A stretch of DNA of 62,688 nt, counting the filler, from Globobulimina sp. (taxonomy: Eukaryota), in NCBI GenBank assembly GCA_003354225.1. It is 29 parts of 29 records of this genome, joined end to end, with 100 filler letters (N's around TTAATTAATTAA, not from the genome) between each part and the next. Parts side by side here need not be neighbours in the genome. Positions count along the whole stretch, not along the records: positions 23,827 to 25,891 come from PIVH01009290.1; positions 25,992 to 28,056 come from PIVH01009291.1; positions 28,157 to 30,221 come from PIVH01009292.1; positions 30,322 to 32,386 come from PIVH01009293.1; positions 32,487 to 34,551 come from PIVH01009294.1; positions 34,652 to 36,716 come from PIVH01009295.1; 23 more parts are not named here. One strand, written 5' to 3'. The notes under the pieces were generated by a model. It was not told the origin of the DNA. It did no database searches and saw only the letters and a program-made list of their open reading frames with translations. Each line of letters starts with the position of its first letter. Positions within the stretch are counted from its first letter, which is position 1. The position numbers and the translations under genes are program-made. Below are positions 24,547-35,065 of the stretch, piece by piece.

Positions 24547-25226
24547 TGATCCGTTTGATTACTTTGATAGCATTGTTATCAGTTACTACAGTGAAGAGTG
24601 ACAATTGTGATTATAATACAGCAGTATGGAATTGTCAACAAGCATCACATACACAATTGATCACCATACATGACGAAAGAACAAATAATTTAACTTCCTC
24701 CACATGTAATGCTAAACGTGGTACATTTATGTGTTGGATTGGATTAAAAGTTTCTGGATGTGTTTATAATCAAAGAACATGGCAATGGCCTTCAAATATC
24801 AATTATAAAGACATTAGTATTTGGGAATGGTCTGATGGAACAAGATTAGATGATTCATCATATACAAATTGGTGTGCTGGTTATCCAAGAAAACCATGGA
24901 AAGATAAATCAATTTGTGATGATAGATATGCGTATATGGATGCAACTAATAACTGCTGGAAACATGGATGGGATGGCTTTTGGGGAGAAAATAGTGATAA
25001 TAAATATTGGAAAGAATATATTTGTCAAATAAAAAAACAGAAAGCAAATAAATATTATCCATCTCAATTTTGTTTGATAATTTTTGTTTTAATGGTTACA
25101 ATTATTTTTGGTTTAATGTGGTTACTTTGTTGTAAGAGAACAAAAAGTAAAAAAATCCAAGCTGAGATTAAAAATTTCCAAATATTCGACCAAAAAGAAA
25201 AAATGCTGCATCGAGTGAAGGAATGA
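24547..25226 (+). CDS. C-type lectin domain membrane protein
   Basis: Signal peptide, C....TQLITIHD, CWIGL, WEWSDG, YTNW..GYP, YICQ and a C-terminal TM helix. Confidence 0.88.
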
Positions 25227-25678
25227 CAGTTTATTTGTAAAAAAATGTAGTTTGCATTTAATTTGTTTGTTGTTTGCTTTTAATCAAATATAACTTTAAT
25301 GTATAACAATCATAATATCATATTTTTTTATGTATCCTTGCACTTTAAACTAATCCAAATATCCTTGCACTTCGTCCATATTTTTATTCAGAGCAAAAAT
25401 TTGCAGCAATTCGGAGCAAATTAAGACAAGAGAATTATAACAACTTCCTTACAACAAGTTTATATTAAATTGTTTCTTTCTTTTTCTATTCCCAGTCATT
25501 CCACCACCTTTAATCCAATTCATTTTCTCAATTCCTTTCTCAATCAATTCATTTATTTCAATCCCAATTCTGAATTTAATTCAAAATTTCCAATCAATTT
25601 TCCCAATTAATTTATTTCTCCAAATTCATTTTCTCAATTTATTTCTCAATTAATTCCTTTATGTGAATGGTTTGTTGG

Positions 25679-25748
25679 GGTCGCCTCAGGCTTTGAACCT
25701 GAATCTTCTGGATATATCTATCCAGTGCTCTACTTGAGCTAGGCGATA
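25679..25748 (-). ncRNA. tRNA-like sequence (pseudo-tRNA or SINE head)
   Basis: Minus strand reads TCGCC TA GCTC AAGTA GAGC A CTGGA TAGATATA TCCAG AAGAT TCAGG TTCAAAG CCTGA GGCGA. All four stems pair, but the acceptor is only 5 bp, the D-loop is shortened and the anticodon loop is 8 nt. Confidence 0.65.
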
Positions 25749-26011
25749 GTTTTTAATATTAATATCATCCATAAATCGTATTTAGATGCATTTAATCTAA
25801 AATTGTGAGTTGTCGTTGTTTCGCCTTTATTGTCCATTGAGTTTCTGTATGCCGCTGAAATTTCTATATATTACAAACATTAATGAAATGGNNNNNNNNN
25901 NNNNNNNNNNNNNNNNNNNNNNNNNNNNNNNNNNNTTAATTAATTAANNNNNNNNNNNNNNNNNNNNNNNNNNNNNNNNNNNNNNNNNNNNTGTTATCCA
26001 CAGTCTCATAT

Positions 26012-26732
26012 TTACAATATTTGGCAAGCACAATTAGACGTATTTTCCTCATCAGAGTCCATTTTACTTTCCAAATCCGCATTTTGTAATGTTATTTCTT
26101 TCGCAATTTGTGCACTGAAGAACCTATATAAAATGTAAAAGCAGTCAACAAAAGCACTGCAAATCGCAAAATCGCAGGGCAGCATTGTCAACATACGGTA
26201 CAGTATCCATTTGAGAGGCATTCGATGCAATATTGGTGATCGCCATTTCAATATTATGTGAAGAGACTGCAGAGGTTTCATAAAAAATCATATTATTTGC
26301 AATCGCGTATTGATTGGCAGTCTGTGCCTCAACGCTCCTTTGATTGGTCAAATCATATTTATTCCCTAACAATAAGAATGGAAATTCGCTAGGATTGCCA
26401 GGGGAGGCTTGATCGATAAAATTAGCTCTCCATGAATCAATTTTTTTGAATGTAGGTTGTTGCGTTATATCGTACACTAAAACGCAAGCGTCTGCGCCAC
26501 GGTAAAATGCATTGCCTAAAGATTGAAACCTTTCTTGGCCCGCTGTGTCCCATATTTGCAATGTAATCAATTTTTCATCCACTTCAATCTCTTTTGTTAA
26601 AAAATCTGCACCGATGGTTGCCTTGTGCTCTTCGAGAAATTTATTCGTCACATATTTGTGTAACAGTGCTGTTTTACCAACGCCGGATTCACCCAATATG
26701 ATGATTTTTAATAATACTTTCTTTTGTGACAT
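26012..26732 (-). CDS. RAB7: Rab7 GTPase
   Basis: [64 protein letters not shown]. Intron 26124-26196 gives the C-terminus ...TSNCACQIL. Confidence 0.95.
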
Positions 26733-27044
26733 TTGTTATATTGTTGGAGCTGACGAAGGAATGGTTTAATTGGTTTAATTACTGTACTTAAATAAAATCT
26801 TTTCTTGGTAGTTGATTTAGAATATCTTGGAAAATTATTAAACAAATGCGCTTTATGATGATATCAGTCGTGGCACTCGCGCTGTGATGCCAGTGCAGAA
26901 AATCATTTTAAAATTTAATTCAAGGTTTTAAAAAACAGAAAGTATTTGATTTTTCATCAATAGAATGAGTGCGGAACGCTTGAATCAAGCATTCCCACCA
27001 ATTCAATGTGAGTTTATTACAAATATACGTTCTGTATTTGAATG

Positions 27045-28056
27045 TCATTTGTATCGATTTATTTTAGAATATGCACTCCATTTTCGCCGAAGTTTACGTT
27101 GGAATACGTTCTTTTTATTTAATGAAAGAAATGATGGTATAAATCGCACAATATTCTGTCCAAAATAGTCATTTCCCCGATCATTCCTCCCATGCTCAGA
27201 CCGCTGCAGCCAATCATCATTAACATCTGGCAAAAATGCCATTGGCGTTGGAACGTGTTTACTATACTTATCAAATGTTGCTAAATATACAGGTAATATA
27301 TCTTTTGCACTCGGAACCACCCAAATTGAGCCCGACTTTCTCACCTTTCCATCCTTGACAATACAAACAAACATCGAACCCTTCTCATATGATTTTGCTG
27401 TCGATGTATTTGGCGAACAGTAAATGCCTCGGCCATATGCGGAACCATGTTTTATTGGAACCCCTCTGCTTCCTCCAACAATCAAGCCATTCTCAATTAT
27501 GCTGCCATCGTTTTTGTGGTCAGTTCCATGAAAAACAAGTCTAAAATCTCTGCTATTTGTCCGCGTCAAAGCAAATTTGCGGACGACATCAGAGTTTGCA
27601 ATGAATTTGATACCAACATATTTATGGTTATATGTGTCGTTAATTTTGCGCTGAATCATGCCCATATTGGCTTTGTTAATCATAGATTGCAATGGAGGAC
27701 ACATACGTAAACATTTGGAAATGTGTCTCTTCATTTTTTGTTTTGCTAATCTTTGTTGCCTATTTAATTTATTTGCTGCTGATTTCAATCTTCTTTTTTG
27801 GCGAAGACTTATTTTATTGACATCAGTGTGCTGCGGAGGATGTGCTGCATATAAATATTGTTTGGTGAATACTGCATTGTTTGGTTGTTGTTCCGTGTCT
27901 GAATTAGTAATATTTTTGTTACTGTTTTTGTATGATAATATAAGAGCAATTTGTATGGATTCATCCATATCATGTTCAGCGTTAATAATATCGTTAATAT
28001 CTGAGGGTAAATAATCAGCCAAAGTTATGAAATCTGATGAATATTTTCTATTGGTA
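27045..28056 (-). CDS. PARP catalytic-like (probable mono-ADP-ribosyltransferase), 5' partial
   Basis: LVFHGT, GSAYGRGIYCS, AKSY, MFVCIV, IWVV and ILPVYL in PARP fold order. Confidence 0.8.
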
Positions 28057-28156
28057 NNNNNNNNNNNNNNNNNNNNNNNNNNNNNNNNNNNNNNNNNNNN
28101 TTAATTAATTAANNNNNNNNNNNNNNNNNNNNNNNNNNNNNNNNNNNNNNNNNNNN

Positions 28157-28858
28157 GTAGATTTTTCTAATATTGGGGGTCAATGGACTGCTGAAGGATC
28201 ACATATTTATAATAATAATATTGGAACTGGTAATGTTGGTATTGGAACTACTACTCCTGCTTATGAATTAGATGTATCAGGTGATATTAATGCTATTACT
28301 TTAAGACTTGATGGAATAGATATAGAAACAGTTTTTAACATTATTCAAGTAGAAAATCAAAAGACTAATTTCAATTCATTCTTAATGATTGGAACTACTA
28401 ATGATATGGCACAAGACTTTTCTGGTGGAGTTACTGAGTTTATTTACACCAACGCATCATCTACTGAAACATTATTCGTTTCTAACATAGTTTTTACTGT
28501 TAAAGATAACGGAACATTTAATATGGATAATTTCGCAACAACATCTTCATCTTTAACAAATGGTATTAATGTTTATGCGACAACTTCATCCGGAGCAACA
28601 AGAGTAAATCTAATTGGAACTACATTCAATATTAAAGATAATTCTGATTTCTTCAATTATACAAATGATGTTAAAATTACAAAATTAGGAACTGGTTCAG
28701 AAATCATGAATGTAACATTTGATTTTAGAAATAATGGTTCATATATAATTTTGAGAAATAATGATAGATTCGCGGTTGAACTAAACGATGATTTCTCAAA
28801 TGTTAATGATATGAAGGTTCAAATAAATGGATTTACTTTCCTTAATTCAAGTTTATAA
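28157..28858 (+). CDS. Virus-like fibre/structural protein, 5' partial
   Basis: Frame open from the contig edge: QWTAEGSHIYNNNIGTGNVGIGTTTPAYELDVSGDIN (GNVGIGT repeat), then a beta-rich C-terminal domain. Intronless. Confidence 0.7.
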   Translation, partial: VDFSNIGGQWTAEGSHIYNNNIGTGNVGIGTTTPAYELDVSGDINAITLRLDGIDIETVFNIIQVENQKTNFNSFLMIGTTNDMAQDFSGGVTEFIYTNASSTETLFVSNIVFTVKDNGTFNMDNFATTSSSLTNGINVYATTSSGATRVNLIGTTFNIKDNSDFFNYTNDVKITKLGTGSEIMNVTFDFRNNGSYIILRNNDRFAVELNDDFSNVNDMKVQINGFTFLNSSL

Positions 28859-28885
28859 AAAATATCATAGAATAATATACTTAAT

Positions 28886-29425
28886 ATGTCGGTTATTGAT
28901 ACAAATGTGCGAGGCTTAAATAAAGCAACTTTTTTCAATTCATCATTATTATTAGGAGCTACTAATAATGCGAACAATGATTATTCTGGTGGAGTAACTG
29001 AGTTTATTTACACTAATACTGATACTGATAATACATTATTCATTGGAAGTTTAAATATTAAAATACAAGATGATGGATCATTTAATTTAGCTGAATATGG
29101 TTCAATTGGTTCATCATTAACTAATGGAGTAAATATTTTTTATACTACAAATAATGGTGCTACCAGAAATAATATTATTGGACCAACCTTTCCAATATTA
29201 AAAAACTCTGATTATTTCAATTATACAACAGAAGTTAATATTCAAGATTTAGGAACTGGTGATTCATTGATTAGTATTGATTTAAACTTTCAAAAGAATC
29301 GTTCAAATATAAAGTTAGGAATAACTGATAGAATTGCTATTGAATTAAATGATGATTTATCAAACTTAACAGAGCATACATTTCAGATTACTGGTTTTAC
29401 ATATCCTAATTCTGATATTATTTAA
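28886..29425 (+). CDS. Stand-alone paralog of the preceding C-terminal domain
   Basis: Shares DxSGGVTEFIYTN, SSLTNGxN, NSDxFNYT, LGTG and DRxAxELNDDxSN with 28385-28858. The intergenic gap is 27 nt. Confidence 0.85.
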   Translation: MSVIDTNVRGLNKATFFNSSLLLGATNNANNDYSGGVTEFIYTNTDTDNTLFIGSLNIKIQDDGSFNLAEYGSIGSSLTNGVNIFYTTNNGATRNNIIGPTFPILKNSDYFNYTTEVNIQDLGTGDSLISIDLNFQKNRSNIKLGITDRIAIELNDDLSNLTEHTFQITGFTYPNSDII

Positions 29426-29441
29426 TTAAAAAAAAGTTGTT

Positions 29442-29475
29442 TTTAAAATGAAACCAAAACTGTATTCATTTTAAA
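29442..29475 (+). terminator. AT-rich hairpin just after the stop codon
   Basis: TTTAAAATGAA / TTCATTTTAAA, a perfect 11-bp stem with a 12-nt loop. Reminiscent of Mimiviridae 3'-end hairpins. Confidence 0.4.
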
Positions 29476-29547
29476 TTAATATCTATCCATTTTTTATCCA
29501 CGGTTTCATTATTGCATTATTTTTCCGAAAACATATGGAAAATAATG

Positions 29548-29717
29548 TCGTCTCTCTCTCTCTGCAAAAAGGATACAAAAAAGGATACATTTGGAGAAAA
29601 AGGATACATTTTAGTCCATAAAACAAGAATAAAAGTATCCAAAAATATCCAATGTATCCTTTTGTATCCTTTTTGTATCTTTTTGTATCCTTTTTGTATC
29701 CTTTTTGTATCCTTTTT
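29548..29717. repeat. (CT)n tract plus inverted arrays of an 11-nt unit
   Basis: AAAAAGGATAC x3 (29566-29607) faces GTATCCTTTTT x6 (29654-29717). Confidence 0.93.
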
Positions 29718-29764
29718 GTTATCTAAAATCTCTTAAAAATAAAATATTATTATAAAATATAGTT

Positions 29765-30221
29765 ATGGAAAAGTATAGTGGCAATTGTAGTTATTGTGAT
29801 AAACCGATAAAACATCGTTCAAATTGGATAAGACATTGTAAAACAAAAAAACATTTAAAGAATATTTTGAAAAAAAAAGAAGAGGACCAAAGAGACCCCA
29901 AAGAGACCCCAAAGAGACCCCAAAAAGACCCCAAAAAGACCCCAAGAGACCCCAAAGAGACCCCAAAAGAGAATATAAGATATAAATGTGATCATTGTGA
30001 TAAAACTTTCAAAAATAAAACTCATAAATATAGACATATGAAAAAATCTTGTAAAAAGAAACCAACTGAACAAACAAATCAAACTATTAATAATACAAAT
30101 AGTAATTGTAATAATACTAATAACAATACACAAAATATAACACAGAATGATAATAAAACAATTAATCAAACTATTAATATAAATGTTCAAGGTAGAGAAG
30201 ATCATAAAGGTATTATAGATT
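29765..30221 (+). CDS. NCLDV-type two-C2H2 zinc-finger protein, 3' partial
   Basis: CSYCDKPIKHRSNWIRHCKTKKH; repeat linker; YKCDHCDKTFKNKTHKYRHMKKSC; N/T-rich tract ending ININVQGRED, similar from recall to the INxFGxE motif of giant-virus ZnF proteins. Confidence 0.8.
29889..29964 (+). repeat. Intragenic 11-nt tandem repeat
   Basis: AAAGAGACCCC-type unit: six 11-nt copies plus one 10-nt copy (29944-29953). Confidence 0.93.
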
Positions 30222-30713
30222 NNNNNNNNNNNNNNNNNNNNNNNNNNNNNNNNNNNNNNNNNNNNTTAATTAATTAANNNNNNNNNNNNNNNNNNNNNNN
30301 NNNNNNNNNNNNNNNNNNNNNAACACGAATAATAATTGGCAAAATTTAAATGATCATGAAGATGATAAAAAAGTGACATTTGAAAGCACCCATTTTTGTA
30401 TATTTTCGTTTCTTGTTTGAATTATCGCGACTTCAGACTCAAAGAGAAAAGGTTGATTTAATTTGTTTTTAGATTTAATCCGATGAAAACAAAACAAAAC
30501 AGAAAAATCTATATTTGATCCAACTTCGATCGAACTTTATGTGAATTATAAAATACAAACGACACAACACAACACATAAAAGATGCAAAAAGTTACAAAA
30601 CCACAAAAAAAAGCTATATAAAGAAAGGGTTATAACTTATTGATTCAAAGTCGATCAAAAAACAAATAGACACATATATTATATAAAAAGTTGCATTATA
30701 ATTGAAATTAATA

Positions 30714-31949
30714 TTAATATTGAGATTGGGATTGGGATTGGGATGGAACAGTGGGTACCGACATATTTTGCCGATGCAATTGTTCTTGTAATTGTAAATT
30801 TTGCTGCGTTAAAGAGTGCATAGTTTGAGTGTTGATATGATTTAATTGAGTTTGACTATACACCGACGGCGCAATATCGCTATAAACAGATGGTACACCG
30901 GAGGATGCCGCTAAAATTCGGTTTTGGTTTTCTAAATATTGCCTTTGTTGCGCATGTACAGATATTGCCAAATCGTGCTGCGTCGGAGCTAAATGATGCG
31001 TATCGCCCATCTCAATCACCGGCACTTTGTTCTCTTTGTCCACGACAGTGGCACCGGCATAACCTTTATCTGATTGCAAATTCAATTTAAATTTCAATTT
31101 ATGTTTATATACACGTTGATACATCGAATCGTGCGATACTCGAAATAATACGGCAACGGCCAACGAAACGGCAATGACCAGCTCAAATTGAAATCTTTCG
31201 TTTGTTCCATTCAATTCTGACGACATAAATTCATCTCCAACTAAAAAACTGAACGCATCAAACCCAGCCGATATGAACTGTAAATATCCGCAAATACCAA
31301 GCACAAATCGCATAATTTTGAACATCGCAAATTGATTATAAATGTCAAAATATTCGAGTTTTTTCACTTTTTCGCGTCCATCGTTGTTATCTTTCATATC
31401 TTTTAATATCGCAGAACCTCTCCAATAGGACAAAATTATTGTAATTACAGCAAATAACAAACCAAATCCAGGCCCAATTACTCGAATAATAACATTTGTG
31501 GCCGGCCATGGACAGCCTTCTATGCCATTTCCTGTCTCGCCTAAATATGGCCGTTTATATTTATTTTCTTCTTCGTCGCATTTAATGTCGCATTCTAATG
31601 TGGTTTGCGAGTACGAGAGCAATAACAACAAAGCACATAAAGCCGCCACAAGAACTTGCAATGTAACCATATAACAACGCGTATCGCCAATGGTCCAACC
31701 TAAGGAAAAATCGGGGTTCTTCATCTCCATCGCTTTGGCGCCTTCTTGTTCTATTTCTTTTGCTTCTTTTTCCTCCTTTTCTGCCTCCTCGCGGATTAAG
31801 TCTTCGTTTCGTTTTATGATAACATCTTTTTGGTTATCCACCATATTTGCCATAGCGTCATAAGTCACTGCTTCATCATGTACCTCTTCATTTGCTTCGT
31901 CATTTTCTGTTGATTTGGTTGCCTCTGACGGCGGCGTATTGTGCGACAT
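30714..31949 (-). CDS. Hypothetical multi-pass membrane protein
   Basis: 411-aa ORF with an acidic N-terminus, about 4 hydrophobic segments and a Q-rich tail. Confidence 0.75.
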   Translation of the reverse strand: MSHNTPPSEATKSTENDEANEEVHDEAVTYDAMANMVDNQKDVIIKRNEDLIREEAEKEEKEAKEIEQEGAKAMEMKNPDFSLGWTIGDTRCYMVTLQVLVAALCALLLLLSYSQTTLECDIKCDEEENKYKRPYLGETGNGIEGCPWPATNVIIRVIGPGFGLLFAVITIILSYWRGSAILKDMKDNNDGREKVKKLEYFDIYNQFAMFKIMRFVLGICGYLQFISAGFDAFSFLVGDEFMSSELNGTNERFQFELVIAVSLAVAVLFRVSHDSMYQRVYKHKLKFKLNLQSDKGYAGATVVDKENKVPVIEMGDTHHLAPTQHDLAISVHAQQRQYLENQNRILAASSGVPSVYSDIAPSVYSQTQLNHINTQTMHSLTQQNLQLQEQLHRQNMSVPTVPSQSQSQSQY

Positions 31950-32842
31950 ATTAATTATGTTATTTTAGGTATCTCACGTGTTATCCAAACAGTTGTTTTT
32001 ATTAAAAAAAGAGAATTTGTTAGTGTTTGTTAGTAAAAAACTTTAGGAAAAATAAAAGTTGTATACCAAATCATGGGTCAAACAAACGACACAGAGAAGA
32101 AGATTGGCAGTGATCATGATGACAAGAACGATGACGATGACGGTTTGTCAGATAATATATGTTAATTAGATTTTGAATTGTAATGTAATATTAATTGCAA
32201 TTCAGAAATAAACTGTTTCCAAGAATCAATAGTGCATATTACTGGCGATGAGAGACTACCAATTACAGAATCAATACACAACAAAGAAGACATTATAAAA
32301 TGTATCGGCCAGTTACAGATTAATTATACATACATTCAACAAGAATATAAACTGACGGAATGGGGCACAGCCACCGTATTAAAGACNNNNNNNNNNNNNN
32401 NNNNNNNNNNNNNNNNNNNNNNNNNNNNNNTTAATTAATTAANNNNNNNNNNNNNNNNNNNNNNNNNNNNNNNNNNNNNNNNNNNNCAACATTCAAATAA
32501 AGAAATTATGCTACCACACAAAAAAAAAAAATTACAAAAAATTAAATTAAACAAAGGAAGAATTGGAGATTGGTGGAGGGACAGAGACAGATTGAAAATA
32601 ATTTTAATAGCAAAGAGAAAAAAAAAAGCCGATCGTAACAAAATAAAACAACAAAAAATTAAAAAAAAATGGAATAAAAAATAACAATGCAATCTTAAAC
32701 TTCCTTTCATGCAAAATTTACTTTTTGAGTTTAATTTCATTTCACAAAAAAATCAGGCACATAAATAAAATATATATATAACAAAAGAAAGAAGTGGGAC
32801 TTGCTACTGGTTCGAGGGAATAAATTACAAAGTAATAGGTAT

Positions 32843-34551
32843 TCAGATGTAAATACCAAAGGGATACGGCGTGGTTTGTCCATAATCTTTCAATATCTCA
32901 GCTTGATATTCTTCGTCCAAATACAAGCAATGATGGCTTCTTCTTAGCGGCTCGCCGGGATGGGCATAATTGCACCGTTTGCCGAATAAACACAATCGCG
33001 AATCAGCTCGAGCCGGGTCGCAACATGGCTGAGTCTTATAATTCTCGATCCGCCATCGGGTCCGGATATCGTCTCTTCCATCTACGCAAATCGCACATTG
33101 TCTCAGTGGACGCTCAAAAAAAACAAATATAGCCACACATACGTGCAAAATGACATTTTTTGCCATAGGTACAATGTCCTTTTTTGACCCAGTTTTCGCA
33201 TAACTCAGTTTTAAATAAATCACCTTTTTCGCACGCACTCATTCGTTTATTCTTACGCTTGTTCCCAGCGTTTAAATTCGCGTTCAAATTGCCGGTATTC
33301 TTGGCGTTTAAGTTTTGGATATTCGCAGTCCGCCCATTGTTGCCACCGTCGTTCTCGTCGCCACCGTCATGGTTTTTGCTATTCACACTAACTCGATATG
33401 AATTATAATCTTTTGGGCCCATCGACACGTCAATGGTCCGGATGTACTCTCTGTGCTTCCTCAAATGTGGCAATTTCATCAAGGTCTCGTCGGATAACTT
33501 AGGATTCCGTCGGATCACTGTCGTGGCTTCGTCGCCGGCACTAAGCCCATTATTTGCGTTTAAATTCACTTTGCCATTCATCCCGTTCATAGCCATGTTA
33601 TTGCCGCCCATACGATATCGCTGCGCGCCGCTTTTATTTTGCTTGCCGTTCTTGATATGGTTCAAATCCATCAATGGAACGTGATGGATGCGGTTGGAAA
33701 TATGCATTCGGATGGTGGCGAAGGGAATGTTTGTGTTCCAATTCACGTTGATAATGGTCACCACATTGTTGCCGAACAAGGCGTCATCGCCGGCGGTGAA
33801 CGCGTCGGCTTCGTCGTCTTTGAAGGTTTTGGGACGAAACATGCAATTCAGACTCAACGGGTCAGCGTTGGGAGAGATGATGGTTCCGTCACAGCGTTGT
33901 AAGTACGTAATGCCGCCATGGCTCGGAGCGAGCGGTGTGGGCTCATTGATTTTGGCCAATTGCGGGATGGGTTGCGGCGGTGCTTGCGGTTGGGGTTGGG
34001 GTTGGATTTGCGGCTGAGGGTGGATTTGGTTTTGGTTTTGATGGACCACCGCATGCAATTGCGGCGAGGTACGCGCTCCGTAATAATTGCTGTACGACGG
34101 GGCAGCGTTGGAAGCCGTGTATGGATATTGCGGCGTGTTATGGCTATACATCTCGGCGGGTTTGGGAGCGGAGGCGATGTAATTTGGCGCAGGTTGCGAA
34201 TAATACGAATTGGCGCCGTTGCGATTGGTGTTGGGAGCGTTGTAATAGCCGTTGTTTTGCGGCAATGGCGGCGTATTATATAAATAAGCATTGGTGTCAT
34301 ACGTGGAATAAATGTCTGTGTAAACAAAGAAAAATGTAGGTTTGTGAAATTCGAACTGTTTATCAGCGCATTTTCAGTTTCCCGAATCATAGACACTCAT
34401 TTTTGTACAGTATAAAAAAGCAGGCAAACACAGAGGGGCTTACCTTGAATGGGCGGCGATGTATAATTGTTGCGGGAAAATGGATTTGTAGCTTGCGGCT
34501 GAGGTGCGGCATTGTATCGGTTTGCTTGCATTCCTTGTACATCCACGCCGG
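32843..34551 (-). CDS. Tandem CCCH zinc-finger (TTP/ZFP36-like) RNA-binding protein, 5' partial
   Basis: FKTELCENWVKKGHCTYGKKCHFA-H (intron 33082-33142), an 18-aa linker, then YKTQPCC...CLFGKRCNYAH. An upstream intron at 34316-34443 is also phase-consistent. Confidence 0.88.
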
Positions 34552-35065
34552 NNNNNNNNNNNNNNNNNNNNNNNNNNNNNNNNNNNNNNNNNNNNTTAAT
34601 TAATTAANNNNNNNNNNNNNNNNNNNNNNNNNNNNNNNNNNNNNNNNNNNNTCAATTAAACACTTTGATAATGGCTTCTTTACGTAAGCTGAAAGCTCAG
34701 TGATTTTAAATCCTTAGAGATCAAACTAATTCACACTATAATCTCGCCACTAAATATTACCTTATTAATAATCATATATATATATAGGTGCAGGGATCAT
34801 ATATATATATATAATCGGATCATACCGACTGTACTAGTACTATACAAAAAAAAAGTAAAAAATTGCAGTGAACAATAAAACAAACAAACCAGAAAATACT
34901 ATATTCACTGCAAGAAACAAAAAGTACACATTAAGAAATAAAACTAAAGCACGCAAAAACGCAATACAAAAGAAACAAAATTATAGCAACAAAAAACATG
35001 TACTTATTTTGTGTAAAAACACTTGATTGAATAGCATATATATATATATGAGATATATGTATATT

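Noticed and set aside
20614..25372. 13-mer TATCCTTGCACTT shared by two contigs (20614, 25333, 25360)
   Set aside because: Shared 13-mers are expected by chance in 60 kb of AT-rich DNA, and the flanks do not align.
29654..29717. GTATCCTTT matching the U12-type 5' splice site (also near 25332 and 25359)
   Set aside because: These are intergenic tandem copies with no exon context or U12 branch point.
34785..34845. CAGGGATCAT resembling U3 snoRNA box A
   Set aside because: It is embedded in (AT)n microsatellite, and no boxes B, C or D are recognisable.
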